Positions 22,851 through 32,000 of a stretch of DNA of 32,000 bases are shown here, piece after piece (position 1 is the stretch's first letter; each line of letters begins with the position of its first letter). The notes under the pieces are model-generated. The model saw nothing but the letters and a program-made list of their open reading frames with translations. It was not told the DNA's origin and did no database searches. Source of the stretch: Sinorhizobium meliloti. GTDB lineage: Bacteria; Pseudomonadota; Alphaproteobacteria; Rhizobiales; Rhizobiaceae. The stretch is taken from the NCBI RefSeq assembly GCF_017876815.1, contig NZ_JAGIOS010000001.1, positions 1-32,000 on the forward strand. Direction: 5' to 3'. The position numbers and the translations under genes are program-made.

Positions 22851-22871
22851 GGGAGGGGTTGGGGAGGGGTC
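22851..22871. repeat. Right arm of the perfect 21-bp inverted repeat
   Basis: GGGAGGGGTTGGGGAGGGGTC is preceded by ttgtg (22846..22850), which would be the loop if the IS were removed. Confidence 0.9.
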
Positions 22872-22898
22872 TGTCACAGGCCATCGATACTCGACCGA

Positions 22899-23348
22899 TC
22901 ACGCCTTCTTTTCCCACCTTCCGTCACGGTTCTGCTGCCAATAGGTGAGATTGTGCCCCTCGCCCTTGAGCCGCTTCCACTGATCGCGCGCCGCCTCGAG
23001 CTGTTGCTGGTCGTAGCCGTCGAACATGAAAACAACCCGCTCATATTCGGAAACCGGCGGCGGCTCGGCGCCGTCGACGACAAAGCGCACAGTCGCGGCA
23101 TTCCGGTTGCCGTCATCGGCAACGACGAGAATCGGTTGCACCGCCGCGAACTCGCCGGCGTCCGTACCGTGCGGCAGGAAGCTGTCGTCCCGATAGACCC
23201 ATAGATGCGTATCCAGCGCATCGCGCCTTTCGGCGTCTATCGTCTGCACGACCACCCGCCAGCCGCGCTCTATGCTCTTGTCGAGCAGCGGCGGCAGGGC
23301 GTCTTCGAGCTTCGATTCCGTCAGGTGGTAAAAAAGGATCTCGGTCAT
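22899..23348 (-). CDS. holC: DNA polymerase III subunit chi
   Basis: MTEILFYHLTESKLEDALPPLL...RVVVQT is typical HolC. At 149 aa it lies immediately downstream of pepA, as in many proteobacteria. Confidence 0.88.
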   Translation of the reverse strand: MTEILFYHLTESKLEDALPPLLDKSIERGWRVVVQTIDAERRDALDTHLWVYRDDSFLPHGTDAGEFAAVQPILVVADDGNRNAATVRFVVDGAEPPPVSEYERVVFMFDGYDQQQLEAARDQWKRLKGEGHNLTYWQQNRDGRWEKKA

Positions 23349-23367
23349 TCCGATCTCGGGCGAACGG

Positions 23368-24861
23368 TCACGATTCGTAGTTCGCGCGCACCAGCTGGTC
23401 GAGGAGACGAACGCCGAAGCCGGACCCCCAGGACTGGTTGATCTCGTCGGTCGGCGAACCCATGGCGGTGCCGGCGATGTCGAGATGCGCCCAGGGCGTG
23501 TCCTTGACGAAGCGCTTCAGGAACTGAGCCGCGGTGACCGAGCCGCCGTGCCGGCCGCCGGTGTTCTTCATGTCGGCGAACTTGCTGTCGATCATCTTGT
23601 CGTATTCCTTGCCGAGCGGCATCCGCCACAGTCGCTCTTGCGTCGCCAAACCGGCGGCGAGCAACTGCTCGGCCAGCCGGTCGTCGTTCGAGAACAGCCC
23701 GGCGTAATGATTGCTGAGCGCCACCATGATCGCGCCGGTCAGCGTTGCGAGATCGATCATCAGCTGCGGCTTAAATCGGTCATTGCAGTACCAGAGGGCA
23801 TCGCCGAGGACGAGCCTGCCTTCGGCGTCGGTGTTGATCACCTCGATCGTCTGCCCGGACATAGACGTCACGATGTCGCCAGGCCGCTGGGCACTTCCGT
23901 CCGGCATGTTCTCCACGAGCCCGATGATCCCAATGGCATTGACGGCCGCCTTCCGCGCGGCAAGGACATGCATCAGGCCGGTCACTGCCGCCGCCCCGCC
24001 CATATCGCCCTTCATTTCCTCCATGCCGGAAGCGGGCTTGATCGAAATGCCGCCGGTGTCGAAGACGACCCCCTTGCCGATGAAGGCGACCGGCTTTTCC
24101 TTGGCCTTTCCGCCCTTCCATTGCATGACGACCAGCCGCGGCGGACGGGACGAGCCTTGCGCTACGCCGAGGAGTGCGCCCATGCCGAGCTTCTTCATCT
24201 CCCGCTCGGTCAGGATCTCGACGTCGACGCCGAGTCTTTCCAGTTCCTTCGCGCGCGCCGCGAACTCCACGGGGCCCAGTACGTTGGCGGGCTCGTTGAC
24301 GAGATCGCGCGCCAGAAACACGCCTTCACCGACCGCCTGGGCAGTCATAAAGGCCTTTTTCGCTGCGATCACCGTGCCGGTGACGATGGTGACCTTCACC
24401 GGCTTCTGCGCCGCCTTCGGTTCGTCATCCGATTTCCGGGTCTTGTAGCTCTCGAAGCCGTAGGCGTTCATTTCCATGCCAAGGGCGAAATCCGCGGCTG
24501 CCTTGCCGGTGACTTCGAGCCCCGGCGCATCCAGGAAAACCGTGATCTTTTCGGCAGACCGCAATTTCGCAGCCGCGGCGCCACCGGCCTTCAGCCAGTC
24601 GTGATCGCCGACGCCGCCCGCGTCCCCGAGGCCGAGCAAGACAATCCGATCGGCCGGCGAGCCGTGCGGCGCAATGACGTCGAGGGTCGAGAGCGCCTTG
24701 CCCGTGAACTTCCCGATCTTCGCCGCCTTCGCCAGGACGCCCTCCGGATCGACGACAGCCGCCCCGGCTGCTTCCTTGGCTCCTGCAACCTGCAGGAGAA
24801 CCGCGGCGCCGCCGGCCGGGCGGTGGGATTTGCTGAAAGAAAATTCGAACTTCATCGGCAT
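23368..24861 (-). CDS. pepA: Leucyl aminopeptidase (M17)
   Basis: It has the M17 signature [14 protein letters not shown], plus [16 protein letters not shown] and metal ligands. Length is 497 aa. Confidence 0.95.
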   Translation of the reverse strand: MPMKFEFSFSKSHRPAGGAAVLLQVAGAKEAAGAAVVDPEGVLAKAAKIGKFTGKALSTLDVIAPHGSPADRIVLLGLGDAGGVGDHDWLKAGGAAAAKLRSAEKITVFLDAPGLEVTGKAAADFALGMEMNAYGFESYKTRKSDDEPKAAQKPVKVTIVTGTVIAAKKAFMTAQAVGEGVFLARDLVNEPANVLGPVEFAARAKELERLGVDVEILTEREMKKLGMGALLGVAQGSSRPPRLVVMQWKGGKAKEKPVAFIGKGVVFDTGGISIKPASGMEEMKGDMGGAAAVTGLMHVLAARKAAVNAIGIIGLVENMPDGSAQRPGDIVTSMSGQTIEVINTDAEGRLVLGDALWYCNDRFKPQLMIDLATLTGAIMVALSNHYAGLFSNDDRLAEQLLAAGLATQERLWRMPLGKEYDKMIDSKFADMKNTGGRHGGSVTAAQFLKRFVKDTPWAHLDIAGTAMGSPTDEINQSWGSGFGVRLLDQLVRANYES

Positions 24862-25174
24862 GCAGGACTCCAGGCACTTTCTGACGGTGGCGCCCGGCCT
24901 GTTACCGGACGGCTACAGTGACCGACATTCGCGACGTCGGCGGTGATCGAAGCTGTGGGGCGCACCCTTCTCGCTTTTCAGGCGCTTGGCAAGATGCTCG
25001 CACATGTTTACATGCGGTTAACCGAAGTTCTTCGGCTTATATTTTCCCTGTTGTCGCAGATTCCGATTCGCGGCACGGGGACGAAGACGGTTACATCGGC
25101 CGGCAAGAAATTGCACACTCGTCCGCAACCGAACGGCATACGAATTTGAGCAGGACCTTGGACCGGATACGGCT

Positions 25175-26347
25175 ATGAAGCTCATCGAACGCTACATATT
25201 CCGGCGCGCCACGATCATGTTCCTGGCGACGCTCCTGCCGTTGATGGGCATCGTGTGGACCACGCAGGCGCTCACCAATGTGAACCTCGTTACCGACAGC
25301 GGTCAGTCGATCATCGCCTTCCTGAAGCTCGCGACGCTGATTCTGCCGTCGGTCGTGCCGATCATTCTGCCCTTTGCCCTCGTGATCGGCGTGACGCAGA
25401 CGCTGAGCGCGATGAACACCGATTCGGAGCTTACGGTGCTCAGTGCCGCCGGCAGTTCGCGCATGTCCATCATCCGGCCGGTGATGTTCCTCGCGGCAGG
25501 ACTGAGCGTCCTCTCCTTCGCCATCGACAATTTCGTCGAGCCTTATTCGCGCGTTGCCGTACGCAAGATGATCGCGACGGCCCATGCGGACCTGCTCGCC
25601 TCCGTCGTCCAGGAGAACGCATTCCGCAAGATTACCGACGGGCTTTACGTGCAGGTCGGCGCCCGCCGAAGCGGCGGCGTACTGCAAGGCATCTTCGTCG
25701 CCGATGCGCGTGATCCGAATTTCGAGCTCGTCTATTATGCGCGCGAGGGGGCCGTCGACGAGGAACGCTCCGCGCTGGTGATGAAGGATGGGGAGGTCCA
25801 CCGCAAACTGCCGGACGGCGACGTTTCCATCATCAAGTTCGACTCCTATGCCTTCGATCTGACGGACCTGACCAGGATGGCGGGGGAGGCCAATATCCGC
25901 GCCAAGGATCGCGATCTCTTCTATCTGCTTGATCCCGATCCCGACGACGAAGCCTACAAGCGAGCTCCGCTCGCCTTTACGGCGGAGCTGCACCGGCGCT
26001 TCACCGAATGGACCTTTCCGTTGCTCTTCGGCCTCATTGCACTTGTGGTCAGCAGCGATGCCCGGTCGCACCGCGAAGCACGGGTGCACCCGATGGTCAG
26101 CGCCCTTGGAGCGGCTCTGGTCATCCGGTGGATGACGTTCTACGCGGCCAACAGCGCCGAAGATTCGGTATGGTTCGTGCCGCTCATGTATCTGGTCCCG
26201 CTGGTGACGGGAGCGCTTGCCATACAGCAGCTTGCCAGCAACCGGCGCCTCGACATCCCCATGACCTGGCAGGAAAAGCTCACGGACCTCATGGTCAGGC
26301 TTCGGCTGGTGCGGCCGGCGGGTGCCGACGGGGAGCAGCCCTCATGA
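25175..26347 (+). CDS. lptF: LPS export ABC transporter permease LptF
   Basis: MKLIERYIFRR... is a YjgP/YjgQ-family start, with 6 TM segments and a periplasmic insert. It is divergent from pepA, which is the conserved arrangement. Confidence 0.9.
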   Translation: MKLIERYIFRRATIMFLATLLPLMGIVWTTQALTNVNLVTDSGQSIIAFLKLATLILPSVVPIILPFALVIGVTQTLSAMNTDSELTVLSAAGSSRMSIIRPVMFLAAGLSVLSFAIDNFVEPYSRVAVRKMIATAHADLLASVVQENAFRKITDGLYVQVGARRSGGVLQGIFVADARDPNFELVYYAREGAVDEERSALVMKDGEVHRKLPDGDVSIIKFDSYAFDLTDLTRMAGEANIRAKDRDLFYLLDPDPDDEAYKRAPLAFTAELHRRFTEWTFPLLFGLIALVVSSDARSHREARVHPMVSALGAALVIRWMTFYAANSAEDSVWFVPLMYLVPLVTGALAIQQLASNRRLDIPMTWQEKLTDLMVRLRLVRPAGADGEQPS

Positions 26348-27426
26348 TTTTCAACACGCTCGGACGCTATTTCTTCAAGCGCTATGCACGCACTACGTTT
26401 TGGTTCCTCGTCGGAATTTTCGCGCTGATCTTCATCATCGACTTCAGCGAACTGACCAGCCGCATGTCGAACCTGCCACATTACACGGTGTCGGGCGCGC
26501 TACTGATGACCACGTTCCGCATTCCGACGATCCTGCAGCAAACGGTTCCCTTCGTTGCGCTCTTCGCGGCGATGGCTGCATTGATCTCCCTTAACCGGCG
26601 CTATGAACTCGTCGTAACCCGGGCGGCGGGCATTTCCGTCTGGCAATTCCTGCGTCCGTTCGTCGTCGGCGCCCTGCTCTTCGGCGTGCTTGCCGTGGTC
26701 GTGATCAACCCGCTTGCCGCCTGGGGAACCAAGAAGGCGGAAGCGCTCGAAGCGGAGTGGGGCTCCACCCGTTCGGCTGCCGCGAACTCGATTCCCTGGC
26801 TCCGGCAGATCTACGACGGCACCGACACGATCATCGGCGCACGCTCCGTCCAGAACGGCGGCACCGAGCTGATCAACGTGACCGTTATCCACTTCGATCC
26901 ACAGGGCGCAATCACGCTCCGGCAGGATGCGAAGTCGGCGAAACTCGAAGATGGTTACTGGCTTCTTAACGGCGTCGTCGAGACGGAAGTCGGGCGCCTG
27001 CCGCGTCGTATGGAAACGGCACAGCTTCGCACCAATCTGAAGCCGGATTTCGTCCAGGAACGTCTGGCAAAGGCTGATTCCATTCAGTTTTTCGACCTTC
27101 CGCGGAAAATCGAAGTGGCGCGGTCCTTCGGCTTTTCCACCAACGGCCTGGAAACGCAATTTCACTCTCTCATGTCGCTGCCGCTGCTCCTCGTCGCGAT
27201 GACGCTGATCGCCGCCTGCGTCTCGTTAAAATTTAGCCGGTTCAATCAATCTCGGTCGGTGATTCTCGGTGGAATCCTGTCGGGCTTCGTGCTTTATGTC
27301 GTCACCGTGCTTGTCAAAGCATTCGGGAGCAGCGGCATTGTGCCTCCGTTCGTTGCAGCCTGGCTGCCGGTCGTTGTAGCAATGGCGCTGGGCTCGACGA
27401 TTCTACTGCATCAGGAGGATGGCTAG
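26344..27426 (+). CDS. lptG: LPS export ABC transporter permease LptG
   Basis: MIFNTLGRYFFKRYARTTFWFLVGIFAL... Its ATG overlaps the lptF stop (ATGA). It lies within track ORF 26008..27426. Confidence 0.9.
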   Translation: MIFNTLGRYFFKRYARTTFWFLVGIFALIFIIDFSELTSRMSNLPHYTVSGALLMTTFRIPTILQQTVPFVALFAAMAALISLNRRYELVVTRAAGISVWQFLRPFVVGALLFGVLAVVVINPLAAWGTKKAEALEAEWGSTRSAAANSIPWLRQIYDGTDTIIGARSVQNGGTELINVTVIHFDPQGAITLRQDAKSAKLEDGYWLLNGVVETEVGRLPRRMETAQLRTNLKPDFVQERLAKADSIQFFDLPRKIEVARSFGFSTNGLETQFHSLMSLPLLLVAMTLIAACVSLKFSRFNQSRSVILGGILSGFVLYVVTVLVKAFGSSGIVPPFVAAWLPVVVAMALGSTILLHQEDG

Positions 27427-27449
27427 TGGCGGCAGGCAACCGCAAACGC

Positions 27450-29771
27450 ATGAAGCTTACCAACGCTGCCCTGCTTGCAGGCGTGGCGCTGCATATGCTT
27501 GCCATCGGAATGAATGCGCCAGCCAAGGCGCAGGATGCAGCGGCGCGAATCGACGATCTGCAGCCGAATATCCCTGCCGACGCCAAGCTGCTGCTGACCG
27601 CCAATGAGCTTGTCTACAATCGCGACACGGAAAAGGTGACCGTGCGCGGCAATGTCCAGATCGAATACGGCGGCTACAAGATGGTCGCCCGGCAGGTAGA
27701 TTACGACCAGAAATCCGGTCGTATCCTCGCGACCGGCGACATCCAGCTCATCGAGCCGGGCGGCAACATCGTCTATGCCGACAGGATGGACGTCACCGAC
27801 GACTTCGGCAACGGCTTCGTCCAGGCCCTCAGGATCGAAACGACCGATCTGACGCGCCTGGCGGCGGAGACCGGCGAAAGGCGCAATGGCGAGGAATTCA
27901 TCCTCAACAAGGCCGTCTACACCGCATGCACTCCGTGCAACACCAAGCCGGAACATCGCTCTCTGTGGCACATCAAGGCCCAGCGCATCATTCAGAACGG
28001 ACGCACCCGTACCATTCGGCTCGAGCACGCCTATTTCGAACTCTTCGGCAAGCCGATCGCCTACATTCCGGTGATGGAAATCCCGGACCATACGGTCAAG
28101 CGCAAGAGCGGTGTCCTTTTCCCGCAGTTCCGCTACACGCAAAAGCTCGGCGCCGGCGTGGGAGTACCCTATTACTGGGCGATCTCGCCCCATATGGACG
28201 CGACGATCACCGGCACCGGACTGACCCGCCAGGGCTTCCTCCTCGAGGGTGAGTTCCGGCAGCAATTCCACAACGGCCTGCATACGCTGAACGTCGCCGG
28301 CATCAGCCAGTTGGACAGGGAGCAGTTCACGCCGGGCACCGTCGACGCGCTGGAAACCAATCGCGGCATGATCGCCTCGCGGGGCAAATTCGAGATCAAT
28401 CCCCGCTGGAGTTTCGGCTGGAACGTCCTCGTCCAGTCGGACAACAACTTCGCCAAGACCTACGATCTGTCGACCTTCGACGGCACGACCTATGTGAACC
28501 AGGCCTATCTGACCGGCCTCGGCAAACGCAATTATTTCGACCTGCGGGCCTTCTATTTCGACATTCAGGATGCCGACCCGGACAGCATCGACGAAAACAA
28601 GCAGCCAGTCGCGCAAGTCCTCGACTATTCCTACACTGCACCGGAGCCGATCCTGGGCGGCGAACTCAACGCCGATTTCAACCTGACCAACATCAAGCGC
28701 AACCGCCTCGACAGGGTGAATGTGCTGGGCGTCGAGCGCTTCCGTGGGCTCGAGGGTACCTCGCACAGGCTCACCGGCGAGCTCGAATGGAAGCGGACAT
28801 TCATTGCGCCCGGCGGGCTTGTGCTGACACCGCTGCTCGCGGCACGGGGCGATGCCCTCGGCATGAATGTGGATGACCCGGTCGGTTATACCGGCAACTT
28901 CACCAGCAGCGATGCCGAGACGCGCAGAATGTTGACCGCCGGACTCGAGGCGCGCTATCCGATCCTCTTCGCTGGAGAGACGAGCACCCATGTTCTCGAA
29001 CCGATCGGCCAGCTATATGCGCGCCCGGACGAGCAATATGCGGGCGGACTGCCGAACGAAGACGCGCAGAGTTTCGTCTTCGACGCGACCAACCTCTTCG
29101 ATCGCGACAAATTCTCCGGTTACGATCGCATCGAGGGCGGTACACGCGCGAATATCGGTCTGCGGTATACCGGAAGCTTCGACAGCGGCTACGGCCTGCG
29201 CGCCATTGCCGGCCAGTCGTTTCAGCTTGGCGGCCTGAACTCCTTCGCGACGGACGATCTCGTCAAGGCCGGGGCGGATTCGGGCCTCGAAACCGACAGT
29301 TCCGACTATGTCGCCATGCTGGGTATCGACGCCCCGTCCGGTCTGATGGCGAGCCTCTCCGGACGGCTGGACGAAAGCGACTTCTCGCTGCGCCGGGCCG
29401 ATGCCACGGTCGGCTATCTCGGGCTGAACTGGCAGGCCGCTCTCACCTATACGCGGATCGAAGCGCAGCCGACCTATGGCTCGCCGTTCGATCAGGACGA
29501 AATCCAGACCGCTGCCGCCTACCGGTTCCACGAATATTGGTCGGTATTCGGCGCGGTGACCTACGACATCGACGCGGGCGTCGTCTCCCGCAACGGCCTC
29601 GGCATCACCTATGACGACCAGGACACGCTGTTCTCGATCGTCTACAAGCAGGAGCGGGATACCGACAGTTCGCTTGCGAACGACTGGTCGATCGGCGCCC
29701 GCATCAGCTTCCGCACGCTCGGTGACGTCTATGTCGGCGACACGAGATTTGACGAGCTGGACTACTTCTAA
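27450..29771 (+). CDS. lptD: LPS-assembly outer-membrane protein LptD
   Basis: The signal peptide is MKLTNAALLAGVALHMLAIGMNAPAKA|QD. An OstA N-domain (LTANELVYNRDTEKVTVRGNVQIEY..) is followed by a large beta-barrel. The alternative GTG start is 27426. Confidence 0.9.
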   Translation: MKLTNAALLAGVALHMLAIGMNAPAKAQDAAARIDDLQPNIPADAKLLLTANELVYNRDTEKVTVRGNVQIEYGGYKMVARQVDYDQKSGRILATGDIQLIEPGGNIVYADRMDVTDDFGNGFVQALRIETTDLTRLAAETGERRNGEEFILNKAVYTACTPCNTKPEHRSLWHIKAQRIIQNGRTRTIRLEHAYFELFGKPIAYIPVMEIPDHTVKRKSGVLFPQFRYTQKLGAGVGVPYYWAISPHMDATITGTGLTRQGFLLEGEFRQQFHNGLHTLNVAGISQLDREQFTPGTVDALETNRGMIASRGKFEINPRWSFGWNVLVQSDNNFAKTYDLSTFDGTTYVNQAYLTGLGKRNYFDLRAFYFDIQDADPDSIDENKQPVAQVLDYSYTAPEPILGGELNADFNLTNIKRNRLDRVNVLGVERFRGLEGTSHRLTGELEWKRTFIAPGGLVLTPLLAARGDALGMNVDDPVGYTGNFTSSDAETRRMLTAGLEARYPILFAGETSTHVLEPIGQLYARPDEQYAGGLPNEDAQSFVFDATNLFDRDKFSGYDRIEGGTRANIGLRYTGSFDSGYGLRAIAGQSFQLGGLNSFATDDLVKAGADSGLETDSSDYVAMLGIDAPSGLMASLSGRLDESDFSLRRADATVGYLGLNWQAALTYTRIEAQPTYGSPFDQDEIQTAAAYRFHEYWSVFGAVTYDIDAGVVSRNGLGITYDDQDTLFSIVYKQERDTDSSLANDWSIGARISFRTLGDVYVGDTRFDELDYF

Positions 29772-29962
29772 AGTGGCCCTGACCCGCCCTTACCGCATCG
29801 ATCATGCGGTCTTGTCATTGTTTGGCCGCATGTATTATGCATTTGCCTCACATTGACACCTACGGCGCCGCGCGTCTTGCGTGACGCGCAGAGCTCGCCG
29901 TAGCGAAGTCGGCAGTGTGGCAACTGAAGCCGCCGGCAACGGGAGGCAGAACGAGCAGGGGA

Positions 29963-30913
29963 ATGATGATGGGCGGGAAAAACGCGATCGTGAGGTTGCT
30001 TTCGGCGGTTGCACTGGCGGGTGCGCTGAGTGTCGCAGCGGGTACGGTTACCACGGCAATGGCGGCGAGCACGGTCGAGGTGGTCGTCAACAGCACCGTG
30101 ATCACCTCCGGCGACGTCGCCAAGCGGGTCGCCTTCCTGAAGCTTCAGCGGCAAAGCGGCGGCGCAGCCGAAGCCAAGCAGCAGCTCGTCGACGAGGTAC
30201 TGAAGCGCGCCGAGATCGCGCGCGTTCAGCAGTCCGTCAGCACCGACGAGGTCGATGCCGCCTTTGCGCGTTTCGCCGCCGGTAACAAGCTTTCGCCGGA
30301 GCAGCTCGGCAAGATTCTTGACCAGGCCGGCGTCGGGGTCGACCATTTCAAGCAGTATATCGCAGTCCAGATGAGCTGGCCGCGCGTCGTCAACTTCCGC
30401 TACGGCAGCGCCAGCCGCCTTTCCGGCGGCGACCTCGTCAAGCGCATGATGCAGGGCGGCGGCAACAAGCCGGTCACGACGGAATATTTCCTGCAGCAGG
30501 TCATCTTCGTCATTCCCGAATCGAAGCGCGGCGCCATCACGGCGAAGCGGCAGGCCGAAGCCAATGCCTCGCGCTCGCAGTTTCCAGGCTGCGATACCTC
30601 AAAGGCCTTCGCGGCGAACTACCGCGACGTCTCGATCCGCAGCCTCGGCCGAATTCTTGCACAGCAACTGCCCGAAGACTGGAAGCCGCTCGTCGAAAAA
30701 GCCGGCGACGGCATGACCACGGGTACGCGGGTTACCGAGAAAGGCGTCGAATATCTGGCAATCTGCAAGAAGCGTCAGGTCAACGACGACGCCGCCGCCG
30801 AGATCGTCTTCCGTGCCGAGGACCTCGGCAAGAAGAAGTCCGAGGGGGAAGACCCGAACAGCGCCAAATATCTTGAAGAACTGCGCTCGAAGGCGCAGAT
30901 CGTCAACAAATAA
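29963..30913 (+). CDS. SurA-like periplasmic chaperone (SurA N-terminal domain; degenerate rotamase-like C-part)
   Basis: It has a signal peptide ending AMA|AS and a SurA_N-like segment (VVNSTVITSGDVAKRVAFLKLQ..). It occupies the surA position in the conserved lptD-surA-pdxA-rsmA operon. A GCAGGGGA Shine-Dalgarno precedes ATG 29963. Confidence 0.75.
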   Translation: MMMGGKNAIVRLLSAVALAGALSVAAGTVTTAMAASTVEVVVNSTVITSGDVAKRVAFLKLQRQSGGAAEAKQQLVDEVLKRAEIARVQQSVSTDEVDAAFARFAAGNKLSPEQLGKILDQAGVGVDHFKQYIAVQMSWPRVVNFRYGSASRLSGGDLVKRMMQGGGNKPVTTEYFLQQVIFVIPESKRGAITAKRQAEANASRSQFPGCDTSKAFAANYRDVSIRSLGRILAQQLPEDWKPLVEKAGDGMTTGTRVTEKGVEYLAICKKRQVNDDAAAEIVFRAEDLGKKKSEGEDPNSAKYLEELRSKAQIVNK

Positions 30914-30922
30914 CGAGCCAGC

Positions 30923-31951
30923 ATGAGCGAGACGAGCATCGGGCCGGTCGCCCTGACCATGGGCGATCCGGCCGGGATCGGTCCGGATATCACCCTTTCC
31001 GTATGGGCGAAGCGGGCCGATCGGCCGACGCCGCCGTTTCTCTATGTAGGCGATCCGGCGGTGCTTGCCGCCCGCGCCAAGCTCCTGGGCCAGACCGTGC
31101 CGATATGCGAGACCGATTGTCCCGGGGCCGTCGCCGCTTTCCGGCAGGCGCTGCCCGTTTGGCCGGTCCGCTCCCCTGCCCCCGTGATTCCCGGTAATCC
31201 CGATGCGGCAAATGCTTCCGCCGTGACCGATGCGATCGACACCGCCGTCCGGCTCGTGCTGGCGGGAGAAGCGTCCGCCCTCGCCACCAATCCGATTTCC
31301 AAGGCAGTGCTCTACGAGGCGGGGTTCCGCTTTCCGGGCCACACCGAATATCTCGCGGACCTCGCTGCGCGCGCAACGGGGGTTGCCGCCCTGCCGGTGA
31401 TGATGCTGGCAGGACCGAAGCTGCGCGCGGTCCCGGTCACGATCCATATCCCGCTCAAGGACGTTCCAGCCGCGCTGACGCCGGATCTGATCTACGAGAC
31501 CTGCACGATCACCGCGGCCGACCTCAGGAGCCGCTTCGGCCTGCCGGCGCCGCGCCTGGCGATTGCCGGTCTCAATCCGCATGCGGGCGAAGGCGGCGCG
31601 CTCGGCCGCGAGGACGATGCCGTCATCCGGCCGGTCATCGATCGCCTGCGCGCCGAGGGGCTGGACGTCGTCGGACCCTTGCCGGCGGACACCATGTTCC
31701 ACGATCGCGCGAGAGAGACCTACGACGTCGCCATCTGCATGTATCACGATCAGGCATTGATACCGGCCAAGGCGCTCGGTTTCGATGACAGCGTCAATGT
31801 CACGCTGGGCCTGCCCTTCATCAGAACCTCGCCGGATCACGGGACCGCCTTCAGCCTGGCCGGGAAAGGGATCGCGCGCGAGGAAAGCCTTCTTGCGGCC
31901 TTGCGGCTTGCAGCAGAACTTGCCCGCAATGCCGGCGGGACGAAGCGCTGA
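30923..31951 (+). CDS. pdxA: 4-hydroxythreonine-4-phosphate dehydrogenase
   Basis: The sequence shows [29 protein letters not shown] and [11 protein letters not shown], which are the PdxA metal and substrate motifs. Confidence 0.95.
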   Translation: MSETSIGPVALTMGDPAGIGPDITLSVWAKRADRPTPPFLYVGDPAVLAARAKLLGQTVPICETDCPGAVAAFRQALPVWPVRSPAPVIPGNPDAANASAVTDAIDTAVRLVLAGEASALATNPISKAVLYEAGFRFPGHTEYLADLAARATGVAALPVMMLAGPKLRAVPVTIHIPLKDVPAALTPDLIYETCTITAADLRSRFGLPAPRLAIAGLNPHAGEGGALGREDDAVIRPVIDRLRAEGLDVVGPLPADTMFHDRARETYDVAICMYHDQALIPAKALGFDDSVNVTLGLPFIRTSPDHGTAFSLAGKGIAREESLLAALRLAAELARNAGGTKR

Positions 31952-32000
31952 TGGCGGCTCTCGACGGTCTGCCGCCGCTACGCGACGTCATCCAGCGGCA
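31951..32000 (+). CDS. rsmA: 16S rRNA (adenine1518/1519-N6)-dimethyltransferase RsmA/KsgA, first 16 codons only
   Basis: Its ATG overlaps the pdxA stop (TGATG). [16 protein letters not shown].. occupies the expected position after pdxA. The fragment is too short for motif confirmation. Confidence 0.6.
   Translation, partial: MAALDGLPPLRDVIQR

Noticed and set aside
23485-24921. 478-aa + strand ORF over pepA
   Set aside because: It is antisense to pepA, which carries the NTDAEGRL M17 signature. It is a shadow ORF.
24862-25174. Looked for a small gene or RNA in the 313-bp pepA/lptF divergent region (track ORFs 24918..25178 and 24943..25149)
   Set aside because: I found only weak promoter-like hexamers. 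The ORFs lack a Shine-Dalgarno and motifs, and I found no convincing stem-loop or terminator to define an RNA gene.
27423-28991. 522-aa minus-strand ORF over lptD
   Set aside because: It is antisense to lptD, with no signal, domain or motif support.
29793-29823. ccgcat-cgatc-atgcgg hairpin followed by a T-rich stretch after lptD as an intra-operon terminator
   Set aside because: The stem is only 6 bp with an interrupted T-tract. lptD-surA-pdxA-rsmA is normally co-transcribed, so this is too weak to call.
30599-31840. 413-aa minus-strand ORF over the surA-like 3' end and pdxA
   Set aside because: It is antisense to two well-supported operon genes, and its Arg/Gly-rich composition is typical of shadow frames.
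1-32000. Scan for CRISPR arrays, tRNA/rRNA genes, and toxin-antitoxin or defence-island-like gene pairs
   Set aside because: I saw no regularly spaced direct repeats, no cloverleaf-like or rRNA-like segments in intergenic regions, and no small overlapping gene pairs outside the conserved operons.

Overview
The window is a visibly GC-rich, gene-dense alphaproteobacterial chromosome segment. Gene order and protein sequences look like Rhizobiaceae, most like Sinorhizobium/Ensifer. This taxonomic call is from memory, not from a search. Most of it is conserved housekeeping. In order: a partial molybdopterin oxidoreductase (missing from the ORF track because it runs off the left edge), rlmJ, a secreted 4-Cys protein, an RNase T2 lipoprotein, a GST and a RopB/Omp25-type porin. 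Then come an SDR translationally coupled to uvrC, pgsA-moaD-moaE, a stand-alone LivH-like permease, a CGNR zinc-finger gene coupled to a lipoprotein gene, ndk, a second GST and DinB. The second half holds an ABC-F ATPase, a GNAT, a Gfo/Idh/MocA sugar dehydrogenase, holC-pepA divergent from lptF-lptG-lptD-surA-like-pdxA, and the first codons of rsmA. I saw no rRNA, tRNA or CRISPR array. The most unusual gene is an 889-aa single polypeptide (14289..16958, minus strand). It fuses an ANL-type adenylation domain, a phosphopantetheine carrier domain (LGGDSL) and a roughly 10-11-TM AT3 membrane acyltransferase. I read this as a self-contained activate-tether-transfer module for acylating an envelope acceptor, and I know of no characterised example. 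Other accessory signals: an ISAs1-family IS (about 1175 bp) with a 1-nt-frameshifted transposase, sitting at the stem/loop junction of what would otherwise be a perfect 21-bp-stem hairpin between two convergent genes. There is also a perfect 11-4-11 palindrome in the 67-bp LivH/CGNR divergent region, a mirror-image pair of GC-rich RIME-like intergenic repeats, two copies of a dispersed rhizobial intergenic element (one forming the annotated 5' end of the RNase T2 ORF), and a stack of three stem-loops upstream of the fusion gene. Many very long ORFs in the track are antisense shadows typical of high-GC DNA, and I rejected them.
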